DNA of 57,984 nt from Candidatus Bathyarchaeia archaeon (GTDB taxonomy: Archaea; Thermoproteota; Bathyarchaeia; Bathyarchaeales; Bathycorpusculaceae). Below the pieces are notes generated by a model. The model was not told the DNA's origin. It did no database searches and saw nothing but the letters and a program-made list of their open reading frames with translations. The DNA lies in the NCBI GenBank assembly GCA_049969855.1, contig JBMFOB010000007.1, positions 1-57,984 of the forward strand, in the 5' to 3' direction. Numbering within the stretch: position 1 is the stretch's first letter; the number at the start of each line of letters is the position of its first letter. The position numbers were made by a program, and so were the translations under genes. Below are positions 9,454 to 17,904 of the stretch, piece by piece.

Positions 9454-9503
9454 GTTTTCTTCTCCATATGTTTTAATCCATAAATCTAATTCCCTTTTGA
9501 GCT

Positions 9504-10781
9504 TTACTCTTCGCTTGTTTTGACTTCTGGCAATGTGAAGTTTCCGTAAGGCATCACCCAAACCCTTGCATTTTTTCCAACAATGTTGAAGGCTTCATTT
9601 AACGCATCGTTCACTGCTCTTGTTGCTTTTAACTTGAAAATATTTGTGACATAGTAATCTGGCATTGCTGAAACCAAAATTATCTGAACCTTTTGCAAAG
9701 CCTTTAACAAGTAATAGGCTTTATGTCCGCCCAAAACAAAGTTGTTCCTGATTTCCCTCTCAATAGCCTTCAAATCCTTAAACTTAACCATCCAATCATA
9801 AAACACTTGGCTTCCATGTCCTTCTGGGCATTCAGCAACCAAAACTATCACGCCGCCACGTTTAACAACCTCGAGGGCGCTGTCCACGCCCTTGTAGGCT
9901 TGGAAAAGGTTCATGTCAACTGGATGTCCACCTGGGCTGACGACAACAATATCTGCTTTACGGTCTACTGGTATGCGATACATCTCATCCACAACCTTAA
10001 CGCCTTCATAAAAGGCTTGTTCCAAATCGCCTGCAAAAGCCTTCACAATTTCTCTTTTACTATTCATCACAACGTTTAAAATGAAATCCACTTTGGCTAA
10101 TTTTGCAGCCTCAATCATATCCTCGTGGACTGGATTATCGTTTAAAACTCCAGTTTTTGCGTTTGGATGCAAAAGCATGGCGTGATTGTGTTTTATTGTT
10201 TCTTCTCCTGAAACTGCTGGCAAAACGCTTTTTCGTCCTCCACCGTAACCAGCATAATAATGGAAACAAACGTCGCCCGTTAGGATTTTTACGTCAGCTT
10301 CTGCGAAGATGCGGTTTAGATAAACTTTTGTTCCATACTTTTGGGTTGTGCCAACATAAACTAGGTCTTGAGCCTTAGAGTTGTGGCTTACAGTTTTCAC
10401 ACGGTTAAGAACGGCTTCGCCTAATAGGCTGACGGCTTCTTCCCGCGTAACAGCCCTATGTCCTCCGCAGCCGAAAATAATTGTTATGTTCTCATCTTTA
10501 ACGCCAGCCGCATTTAATTCATCCAGCAAAGGTGGAACCATCAAGTGACTCGGCGCAGGTCTGGTTGCGTCATCAACAACAATTGCTACCCGACTTTCGG
10601 GTTTAACAATATCGCTTAACCTTTTAGAACCAACAGGTTCTCTTAAAGCCCTCTCAATCTCCGCTTTAGCGTCTGGCACTCCTGGCTTTTCCTTTGGCTC
10701 TATTGAGCCTAGAAAGTTTCTGGTTGGAATTCTGGCGCAAACTTCTGTTTTTCCGTAAGGAAGCCAAACGTCAACCATCAA
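9504..10781 (-). CDS. larA: Nickel-pincer-dependent lactate racemase LarA family protein
   Basis: VDDATRP, GCGGHR, FHYYAGYGGGRKSVLP and ECPEGHG motifs. Confidence 0.85.
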   Translation of the reverse strand: MMVDVWLPYGKTEVCARIPTRNFLGSIEPKEKPGVPDAKAEIERALREPVGSKRLSDIVKPESRVAIVVDDATRPAPSHLMVPPLLDELNAAGVKDENITIIFGCGGHRAVTREEAVSLLGEAVLNRVKTVSHNSKAQDLVYVGTTQKYGTKVYLNRIFAEADVKILTGDVCFHYYAGYGGGRKSVLPAVSGEETIKHNHAMLLHPNAKTGVLNDNPVHEDMIEAAKLAKVDFILNVVMNSKREIVKAFAGDLEQAFYEGVKVVDEMYRIPVDRKADIVVVSPGGHPVDMNLFQAYKGVDSALEVVKRGGVIVLVAECPEGHGSQVFYDWMVKFKDLKAIEREIRNNFVLGGHKAYYLLKALQKVQIILVSAMPDYYVTNIFKLKATRAVNDALNEAFNIVGKNARVWVMPYGNFTLPEVKTSEE

Positions 10782-10891
10782 GCATCACTTTTAAGTATGA
10801 AAACACGGAAGCAGCAACTATTAAGCCTTACCAAAGCATAACTAATGAATTTGCATACACGCATTTAAAAGAACAATTAAAACCGACATTT

Positions 10892-11236
10892 TCATGAAGC
10901 GTTTTCTCTGATGAAGTCTTTTAGAACTTCTTTTACGGGCATCTCAAATCGTTGACGTAATTGGTTCAGCATTTTTGTTCCTTTTTCAGTGATTGAGTAG
11001 TATTTGATGTGCCGTCTCCCCTTTTGTGTCCACCCCCCAGATATGAACCCGTCTTTTTCTAACTCGTAAAGGAGAGGGTATACTATCCCTGCATGGAATT
11101 TTTGTCCAGTCAACCTTTCTATTTCCTTGACAATTGAGTATCCTGACATTGGCTTTTGGTTTATAAGCCATAAAATGATGGCTCTGCTAAAGCCCCTTAC
11201 GATGGCTCTAACAATATCCCTTTCTTCTTCAGCCAT
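10892..11236 (-). CDS. PadR family transcriptional regulator
   Basis: PMSGYSI, GIVYPLLYELEKDGFI, RRHIKYYSITEKG. Confidence 0.92.
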   Translation of the reverse strand: MAEEERDIVRAIVRGFSRAIILWLINQKPMSGYSIVKEIERLTGQKFHAGIVYPLLYELEKDGFISGGWTQKGRRHIKYYSITEKGTKMLNQLRQRFEMPVKEVLKDFIRENAS

Positions 11237-11307
11237 TAAACATCACCTATCAAATGATTTTCATTTGGCTTTACATTCCTATTAACTTCGCGAAAGTCAT
11301 AAAAAGG

Positions 11308-11327
11308 TTGATATATCAAAATTTAAA
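11308..11327. promoter_or_regulatory. Palindromic operator TTGATATATCAA overlapping the BRE/TATA of the + strand padR
   Basis: Perfect 12-bp palindrome at 11308-11319; TTTAAA at 11322-11327 lies about 26 bp before the ATG at 11353. Confidence 0.55.
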
Positions 11328-11352
11328 CTATGATATCGAGGCAACAGCAAAC

Positions 11353-11682
11353 ATGGTTGATGTTATTAACGCATTCATGCGCGGGCTTGAAAAACCGCTT
11401 ATACTTTGGCTAATATCCCAAGGGCCTAAACATGGATATGAACTAATTAAGGAATTTAAGAGATTGACTGGACAGAAGTTGAAGCCCGGCGCGTTGTATC
11501 CTCTTCTTTATCGCCTAGAAGACGAGGGATTTGTGGCTAGTGAATGGATAAAAAAGGGTCGCCGAGACCTAAAGTACTACAGCCTAACCGAAAAAGGAAA
11601 AGATCTTCTTATGAAAGTGCGCAGTCTCTTCGGCGAATCCATTAGAGGAATAATTGCTGATTTGCTAAGTGAGAATAGGTGA
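11353..11682 (+). CDS. PadR family transcriptional regulator
   Basis: PKHGYELI, GALYPLLYRLEDEGFV, RRDLKYYSLTEKG. ATG at 11353 preferred; probably leaderless. Confidence 0.92.
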   Translation: MVDVINAFMRGLEKPLILWLISQGPKHGYELIKEFKRLTGQKLKPGALYPLLYRLEDEGFVASEWIKKGRRDLKYYSLTEKGKDLLMKVRSLFGESIRGIIADLLSENR

Positions 11683-11942
11683 TGAATCACTTTCCTTTTT
11701 GCCTCTTTGATTTGCGGCGCTTTAGTTTCTTCGTAGAACACGATCTTTCCTGTATCTGCGTCTACTTTTACATTAAAAGATCTAGCAGCAGCGAAGAAAT
11801 ATGCCCGCTTAAACCTCAATTCTCCAAGTAATATCCAAGTATTTTCCTCTCTATACATGGTTCTGAAAAAGATCCGTTCTGCTCTGGAGTGCTTTTACTC
11901 TATGAATTGTTTAGCTTTTGCTTCCGCTTCTCGAGAGTCCAA
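11577..11942 (-). pseudogene. PepSY-like small protein gene interrupted by an in-frame TAA
   Basis: TTG at 11942 reads LDSREAEAKAKQFIE*KHSRAERIFFRTMYREE...VKVDADTGKIV. Stop at 11897-11895; the 3' end runs 106 bp into the convergent padR. Confidence 0.6.
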
Positions 11943-12049
11943 TGTTGTTCTCTTAAAGCTAGAATTATATCAAAATTTAAATGTTTTGGAAAATAAAATA
12001 TATTAACAAGGTTCCAAATCCAATGTAAGACTGTAGGGGCGAACGAAAT

Positions 12050-13534
12050 TTGGTGGAGAAAGCGGGCCAAGGCTGTAAAATTGTTTTGACTGCCGATCGA
12101 ACTCTTATGAGTGATTATCACCGTAATGAATTCATAGGTTTTGGAACGTGCGCTCCACCAAACGTCATTCCAGACTGGCTTTACAGTTGGCTCTTCTTTC
12201 CGCCCATTAAAACAAACAGTGGAGTGCCAGTTGCCGCGCCATATGGATTAAGAAAGGTTGAAGCTCAACTGTTGAAGGATGGATTTAATGTAATGACGGT
12301 TGACCCAGACCATTTAGGAGAATACATTGATGAAGCAAAGGTTTTAGGCATCCATGTTATGGATCCGTTCGGCTTGGGTCCAGCGTCAAGCACTTTCGCC
12401 TCTATTCTGAAGAAGGAGCCGTTTTTGGCGCAATACTTCCGTGTGTTAATGGAAAAGCCAGAAATGAGAAGAGCAAAGAGGCATGGCTTAAAAATCATAA
12501 TAGGTGGCCCTGGTGTTTGGCAATTTAAGTATAGACGGGAATTCGTTGAGGAGCATGGAATAGACTGTATAATTGAAGGAGAAGCCGAGAAAGTTATTGG
12601 GAAAATTGTTCAAGCCGCCTTAAACAATGAAGATCTTCCGCAATATTATGAAGTGCCTATTGAGGAAACTCCAAGCCTAGAAGAGATACCGGATATCATT
12701 GCGCCTTCTATTAATAACTTAGTAGAAATCGGTCGCGGATGCTGCAGAGGGTGCAAATTCTGCAGCGTAACATTGAGGCCATTAAGGTGGTATCCTTATG
12801 AAAAAATACTGCGAGAAATAGAAGTAAACATGAAGGTAAGGAATGGCGTATGCCTCCACGCTGAAGATGTTATGCTCTACGGTTCAAGAAACACCATTCC
12901 AGACGACGAGAAACTCCTTAAACTTCATGAAACTGTTTTGGAGAAATGTGAGTGGGTCGGATGGAGTCACTGTTCACTGGCGGCGGTTGCATCAAAACCA
13001 AAGCTTTTTTCGAAAATTTCTGAGATTATACTTCAGAAACAATCATGGTTGGGCGCTGAAGTTGGCATAGAAACAGGTTCAGCAGAACTTGCAAAGAAAA
13101 TAATGCCTGCAAAGGCTCATCCATTCAAGCCAGAAGAATGGCCAGAAGTTGTCAGAACAGGCATGGGTTTAATGCATGACAATAAGCTTATTCCAGCATG
13201 CACGCTGATAGTTGGAGTTCCAGAAGAAACCGAAGATGACATTGTTAAAACAATAGAGTTGATGGACGATCTTAAAGGAATAAGAAGCTTAATTGTACCC
13301 TTATTTTTTGTTCCAATGGGTAAGCTAAAAGATGAGAATTGGTTCAATGATACTGAAATGAATAGCGTGCATCAAGAGCTTCTAATTAAATGTTTAAGAC
13401 ATGATCTTTACTGGATAGACAACTTAATTGATTTGGCATTCGCGGGAAAGTGGTATGCGAAGTTCATGCACTCCTTCTACAAGCTGTTTGTTGAAGTAAT
13501 TAAATATAAAGCGAGGAAAGTGGGAATTAAATGA
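12050..13534 (+). CDS. B12-binding radical SAM enzyme, GDGT ring synthase (Grs)/Gms-like tetraether lipid-modifying family
   Basis: CCRGCKFC radical SAM motif; LTADRTLM, APYGLRKVEA, DPDH, GGPGVWQ, WSHCSLAA, EVGIETGS..LAK.IMPAK and VPLFFVPMG blocks match recalled Sulfolobus GrsA/B sequence. Confidence 0.75.
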   Translation: MVEKAGQGCKIVLTADRTLMSDYHRNEFIGFGTCAPPNVIPDWLYSWLFFPPIKTNSGVPVAAPYGLRKVEAQLLKDGFNVMTVDPDHLGEYIDEAKVLGIHVMDPFGLGPASSTFASILKKEPFLAQYFRVLMEKPEMRRAKRHGLKIIIGGPGVWQFKYRREFVEEHGIDCIIEGEAEKVIGKIVQAALNNEDLPQYYEVPIEETPSLEEIPDIIAPSINNLVEIGRGCCRGCKFCSVTLRPLRWYPYEKILREIEVNMKVRNGVCLHAEDVMLYGSRNTIPDDEKLLKLHETVLEKCEWVGWSHCSLAAVASKPKLFSKISEIILQKQSWLGAEVGIETGSAELAKKIMPAKAHPFKPEEWPEVVRTGMGLMHDNKLIPACTLIVGVPEETEDDIVKTIELMDDLKGIRSLIVPLFFVPMGKLKDENWFNDTEMNSVHQELLIKCLRHDLYWIDNLIDLAFAGKWYAKFMHSFYKLFVEVIKYKARKVGIK

Positions 13535-13636
13535 ATGTAAACCCTATAACTGGTCGTTTCGTTTTTATGAAAGTGCAAGGGGCAGCGCAAGTTCTTTAAA
13601 ACTGAAACGTATAATTATTAGCTGGAGGAATCGAGA

Positions 13637-14329
13637 ATGGCTATTGAAAAAACTCCCGCAAAAAATGAAATCTTCTTTGTATGGTTTAATCATTATGCTG
13701 GAGTAACCATCAAAACTCCATCCAAAACCCTTGTAATAGATCCCGTGGAAGTTAAATCCCGCAACTTCAAAAGTGTTGATGCAATTCTAATCAGCCACGA
13801 ACATTATGACCATTTAGATCAATCTCTTGTCTCAGAAATCCACAAGAATACATTATGCGTTGTTGTTGCTGACCCGACATCTGCGAGACGATTGCGGAAT
13901 GTTGTTGCTCCTGAAAAATTGCAAGAAATTCAGCCCGGCTCGGAAGTGAAGCTTGGCGGAGTTACAATAAGGGGTGAAAAAAGTAATCATCCGCCAGCAG
14001 CTACGCCTGTGTCCTTCATAATTACAAGCGAGGATGGAGTGAAAATCTTTCACACTGCAGACAGCCTACCATTTCCAGAAATGGCATCCATCGGCGAAAG
14101 AGAAAAATTTGATGTTGTTTTCTGCACTGTTGGAATAGCGCCTGGGACCTCTCCAGAAACGGGCGTTGAAATTGCAAGGTTAACAAAACCTAAGGTTGCT
14201 GTTCCATACCATACTGGTTCAGTGGCAGACCAAAAAAGGTTCGCTGAAATTTTGAAGAGGGAAATGCCAAAAGTTACATGCCTTGTTCCAGAAGTTGGTA
14301 AGATATATCAGATTTCTAAGCGGACGTGA
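13637..14329 (+). CDS. MBL-fold metallo-hydrolase (UlaG-like)
   Basis: VIDP, ISHEHYDH, FHTADS and VPYH motifs; SD GGAGG. Confidence 0.88.
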   Translation: MAIEKTPAKNEIFFVWFNHYAGVTIKTPSKTLVIDPVEVKSRNFKSVDAILISHEHYDHLDQSLVSEIHKNTLCVVVADPTSARRLRNVVAPEKLQEIQPGSEVKLGGVTIRGEKSNHPPAATPVSFIITSEDGVKIFHTADSLPFPEMASIGEREKFDVVFCTVGIAPGTSPETGVEIARLTKPKVAVPYHTGSVADQKRFAEILKREMPKVTCLVPEVGKIYQISKRT

Positions 14330-14330
14330 A

Positions 14331-14963
14331 ATGTTGCCCATGGAAGAAAGCAATAATGCAGTTAAGGTTGAAATATGCAGAATATTAAAGAAGATAGATG
14401 CCCTCCAATTCGGAGTCTTTAGGCTCACCAGCGGAAAAATAAGCCCTTACTACATAGACTTGAGGATTATACCAAGCTTCCCAGACGCCTTCCATAGAGT
14501 CTGCGATTTTTATTTAAGCTTCATAAAAACTGAAATTGGCACAGAAAACTTTGAGAGAATAGCTGGAATTCCAGTAGCTGGAATACCGTTTGCATCTTTA
14601 ATTGCCTACCATTTACAGAAGCCCTTCCTCTACATCCGTAAAGACATCCGCCTACATGGTAGACAGAGAAGAATAGAAGGAATAATTGCACCTGGGAACC
14701 GCGTTCTGTTGGTTGACGACTTGATTACGACGGGTTTGTCTTTGAGAAGGGCAGCAAGAGCCATAAGAACTGAAGGTGGAGTTGTTAATGAAGCTGTTGT
14801 GCTCTTAGACAGGGAAGAGGGCGGAAAAGAAAAACTTGAAAAAAATGGGATAAGGCTTCATGCTTTGCTTAAGGTTAGCGAGATAGCAACTAAACTGTGT
14901 GAAATTGGAGCGATAGATGAAGAGCAGTTGAAGACTATTTTGAGGCAAATTAAAAAGGGATAA
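14331..14963 (+). CDS. pyrE: Orotate phosphoribosyltransferase
   Basis: FRLTSGKISPYYIDLR; PRPP motif LLVDDLITTGLS; LDREEGG. Confidence 0.93.
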   Translation: MLPMEESNNAVKVEICRILKKIDALQFGVFRLTSGKISPYYIDLRIIPSFPDAFHRVCDFYLSFIKTEIGTENFERIAGIPVAGIPFASLIAYHLQKPFLYIRKDIRLHGRQRRIEGIIAPGNRVLLVDDLITTGLSLRRAARAIRTEGGVVNEAVVLLDREEGGKEKLEKNGIRLHALLKVSEIATKLCEIGAIDEEQLKTILRQIKKG

Positions 14964-14985
14964 AGTGACTGAATGCGCTGAACGC

Positions 14986-15555
14986 TTACTCGTAGAATAT
15001 AAGCTCTTGTTCCTCTAATATTCCGTGAAGTTTGTGGACGGCGTCGTAAACGTCTTGTTCTTTTTTGGCTCCAGTGCAGACAAGTTTTCCGCTGGCAAAC
15101 AATAGTATAACCACTTTTGGCTCATCCATTCTGTAAATTAAACCTGGAAACTGTTCAGGCTCATACATTGTTTTTCCAAGGGTGGACGCTGCCTTTTCCA
15201 AGTCTATCATTCCACCTAAGCCTGCAGAAGCCACGATGTTTTGTATTTTTAGCTCCGGCTTGCTGATGATGATGATTCCACCCCTCTTCAACTCCTTAAT
15301 CACTTTCATAACTGCCCTTCGCGCTTCCTTCTCTGATTTTGCACCAGTGCAAACCATTTTTCCAGAATTGAAAATCAAAGTGGCTGTCTTTGGTCTCTTA
15401 AGCCTAAAAACCAGCCCTGGAAACTGTTCTGGACGATACTCTACGCCTGGGTAACCCTTAACAACAGCGTTTAAGTCAACTTTCTGGTTCAATGTTGCAG
15501 AAGCAACAACGTTTTCGATGTTTATTATGGCTTTAACTTTTGGCATAAACATCAC
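14986..15555 (-). CDS. tbp: TATA-box binding protein
   Basis: Two TBP repeats: NVVAS...YRPEQFPGLVFR...GKMVCTGAK and NIVAS...YEPEQFPGLIYR...GKLVCTGAK. Confidence 0.98.
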   Translation of the reverse strand: MMFMPKVKAIINIENVVASATLNQKVDLNAVVKGYPGVEYRPEQFPGLVFRLKRPKTATLIFNSGKMVCTGAKSEKEARRAVMKVIKELKRGGIIIISKPELKIQNIVASAGLGGMIDLEKAASTLGKTMYEPEQFPGLIYRMDEPKVVILLFASGKLVCTGAKKEQDVYDAVHKLHGILEEQELIFYE

Positions 15556-15592
15556 TTCTCATACTGAGTATTTTAAATACCTTTATAAAGCC

Positions 15593-16252
15593 TTAGGCTT
15601 CAAAAGCTTTTTCCGCACCTTCGACTTGCTCAGTTTCTTTTTCTTTTCCTGTAAAAATTGGAATAATAATCTCGATAACCAACAGAATAATTATGATGAT
15701 GGCTATTAGGAATACTCCTGAAGAATTATGCATAAAAAGTGCAAGATGCCCAACCCAAGGAATGCGCATAATAACTTTGCCAATTACAAGGTCTTGAGAA
15801 ACCATAAAATTCCATGAACCTTCGCCTGTATGGGAATCTGGACCCGGGTTTCCGTCACCTTGCGTTCTGAAATATATTTTACCGTCTGGTCCCGTTGCAT
15901 TGTCTATTGCTCTATGAACTATTAACTCGTCCGTGGAGCCTGGTTTGCGAAATACGATTATGTCACCATAAGGGTAAGGTCCCGTTTTGATGTCTTTGGG
16001 ATTTACTCCTTGAACGATGATTAAGTCTCCAACGTGTAATGTATGTTCGAATGGATGGGACCAACCGTCACAGTATGGACCTGGCAAAGTGCACATGCTT
16101 CCTGATGCCACGGCTAGTGCAGGGTATGGCGTGTTTAAGACTATCTGGATGCCATACCAAAAACCAAAAACTATTGTTATGATTAAGGCAATCATTACTG
16201 CTGTTTTGACATACTCGTTTTTCCATAATCTTTTAAGTGTTGCTGTTCCCAA
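15593..16252 (-). CDS. Signal peptidase I (Sec11/S26B archaeal type)
   Basis: VASGSM, GDLIIV, IVHR, TQGDGN and IPWVG motifs; N- and C-terminal TM. Confidence 0.9.
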   Translation of the reverse strand: MGTATLKRLWKNEYVKTAVMIALIITIVFGFWYGIQIVLNTPYPALAVASGSMCTLPGPYCDGWSHPFEHTLHVGDLIIVQGVNPKDIKTGPYPYGDIIVFRKPGSTDELIVHRAIDNATGPDGKIYFRTQGDGNPGPDSHTGEGSWNFMVSQDLVIGKVIMRIPWVGHLALFMHNSSGVFLIAIIIIILLVIEIIIPIFTGKEKETEQVEGAEKAFEA

Positions 16253-16326
16253 TTTTTAACCTTCTATTGTGATGAGTCTTCGTTTAATTTAGGCTTTTGC
16301 TTTTTAAAACTTAAGGCGTTAGAATT

Positions 16327-16345
16327 GAAAAAATAGGGGGAGAGG
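16327..16345 (-). terminator. Pyrimidine/oligo-T terminator after the Cren7-like pair
   Basis: Minus-strand CCTCTCCCCCTATTTTTTC just after the stop at 16360. Confidence 0.45.
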
Positions 16346-16359
16346 AGATAAGCGTAAGC

Positions 16360-16575
16360 CTAAAGTTCTATGCCTTCCGTGCCCAGCTTGGCTTTACTCA
16401 CTATGTCCTTGAATTTTTTGCCACATTTTGGGCATTCGTACATGCCGAAGATTGTTAGGGTTATTCTCATTTTTTTGTCTGGAAATGGGGCTATGAGCTC
16501 CCATGTTTTGTACGGTTCTTTTACTTGTGTTCCACATTCGGGGCAGACGTGGTCTTTTGCTTGGCTTTTAGGCAT
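16360..16575 (-). CDS. Cren7-like chromatin protein with C4 zinc ribbon
   Basis: CPECG..EPYKTWEL..P.K..I..GMYECPKCGKKFK follows the Cren7 pattern P.K.W.L.P.....IGLF..P..GK.FR. Confidence 0.7.
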   Translation of the reverse strand: MPKSQAKDHVCPECGTQVKEPYKTWELIAPFPDKKMRITLTIFGMYECPKCGKKFKDIVSKAKLGTEGIEL

Positions 16576-16602
16576 GGGAAGTCGCCGTAGTTTTTAAGCT
16601 GT

Positions 16603-16773
16603 TTAGATTTTCTTTTTGCTCAAGACTTCTCGGAATGGTTTCTTGCATTTTGGACAGTCGAAAAGTCCAATTTCCAACTGCATTCTTTTTCCAGACTTGT
16701 CTGGGCGTCCAGCCATCGTCCACTTCTTCTTAGGCGTGTTAACAACGGTTCCGCATTTTGGACATTTAGCCAT
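16603..16773 (-). CDS. Cren7-like chromatin protein with C4 zinc ribbon (56 aa, not in ORF track)
   Basis: Translated by hand: MAKCPKCGTVVNTPKKKWTMAGRPDKSGKRMQLEIGLFDCPKCKKPFREVLSKKKI*. SD GGAGG upstream; BRE/TATA-like element at about 16835-16820. Confidence 0.82.
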   Translation of the reverse strand: MAKCPKCGTVVNTPKKKWTMAGRPDKSGKRMQLEIGLFDCPKCKKPFREVLSKKKI

Positions 16774-16964
16774 TTAATTTCCTCCAATATCCTCGATATC
16801 CATGGTTTCATATGATGATACATAAAAAACTTTCCATTGTTTTCGAATAGAAAACCTCAGATTAGACATTAAGTTTAAACATGTTCCTTGCAAAGGAAAG
16901 AGAAATATTCTGTAAAAACTTTCATGTTTGGAGCCTAAAAATAAGAATGCAATTGAGATGATGC

Positions 16965-17145
16965 GCGTTATAGAGGAACATTGGTTTTATCTACAGCAGA
17001 TTAGCTTCTAAATTTGGCGCAAACTATGTTGACGCAAGGCTTAAGGTTCGTTAAGACGAGCTTATAACTGCCGTTCGCTACAAGGTTCAACACAAAGTAG
17101 GCACCAGAGCATTGTTTAATGGAGCGTGAAACTTAGGTCAATAAC
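16965..17145 (+). pseudogene. Degraded 5' fragment of a TldD/PmbA family gene
   Basis: Frame from 17004 reads ASKFGANYVDARLKVR*DELIT...VGTRALFNGA*, resembling the TldD N-terminus (GA.YADAR...GIRALVNGAWG). Stops at 17052 and 17127. Confidence 0.55.
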
Positions 17146-17275
17146 AAATTTAACAAAAAAACATTTAAAATAATCTCCGAAATTACATCAAAAATGGCAA
17201 AAACATCAAGCAAGATGTTACATCTTAATTTGCATTCTAAAAACACATGAATCAAATTGACTTTTCCTTTCTTTT

Positions 17276-17791
17276 TTATTGTTCAAGGTTTTTTGAGTAC
17301 CAAATGTAGGTTTGTGCTTCCTTAAACCCTAATTTTTTGATAAAATGAATTCCAGCAAGATTGTTGCTTTCCACATCCACTATAACAATACGTGCGCCCT
17401 TTTCCTTAAACCGTTTCTCCAATTCCTTATACAATCTTCTTCCAACTCCGCTTCTCTGCTTCATTTTTTGCACTCCCGCCCATACAAAGTATCCGTATGT
17501 CCATGGGCTGAAGGGACGTTTCAAAATAGTTCCTAGGGCGAATCCGACTATTTTCTTTGAGCGTGTGTTTTCAGCCACTAAGCATAGTTCTTGGTCGCTG
17601 TAGAAGTATGATAATAGTTCGTCGATGTTCCATGTTCTATATGTGAATTGTAAACTTGATGGTGTAAATATTTTCTCACCTAGGTGCCAAACTTCTGATA
17701 GGTCTTCCAGAGTCATCTGTCGAATTTCAATTTGCATTGTACTTTTCCTAACTCTTTTTCTGCTTTTTCTCTTTCTTTTAGTGGATGACAT
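17276..17791 (-). CDS. GNAT family N-acetyltransferase with basic N-terminal tail
   Basis: IRQMTLED, IVGFALG, acetyl-CoA motif QRSGVG, N..GIHFIKKLGF. Confidence 0.88.
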   Translation of the reverse strand: MSSTKRKRKSRKRVRKSTMQIEIRQMTLEDLSEVWHLGEKIFTPSSLQFTYRTWNIDELLSYFYSDQELCLVAENTRSKKIVGFALGTILKRPFSPWTYGYFVWAGVQKMKQRSGVGRRLYKELEKRFKEKGARIVIVDVESNNLAGIHFIKKLGFKEAQTYIWYSKNLEQ

Positions 17792-17904
17792 TTCTTTCCT
17801 TCTTTATCATTATAAGAAGTGGATATAAGCTATTTGAGTAGTTTCCAAAATGCTTTTACTTATGGCTTCATGCTTATTCTTTAGCATTCGAGGTTCAACC
17901 AAAC

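Noticed and set aside
9454-9561. Long N-terminal extensions in track ORFs (also 11254, 14283, 31477, 32101, 48848)
   Set aside because: They overlap neighbouring genes or promoters; downstream starts with SD or TATA spacing fit the family N-termini.
14986-15555. Direct repeat within tbp (CCTGGAAACTGTTC twice)
   Set aside because: This is the expected internal duplication of TBP (PEQFPG).
16620-16823. Track ORF of 67 aa on the minus strand
   Set aside because: Wrong frame; the real gene is the 56-aa Cren7-like ORF at 16773-16603 with an SD.
16810-16880. C/D box sRNA (ATGATGA box C at about 16812)
   Set aside because: No CTGA box D at suitable distance on that strand, and the site overlaps the promoter of the Cren7-like gene.
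17127-17129. TGA recoding (Trp or Sec) in the TldD-like fragment
   Set aside because: The fragment also has a TAA and is truncated, and TGA serves as a normal stop elsewhere in the window.
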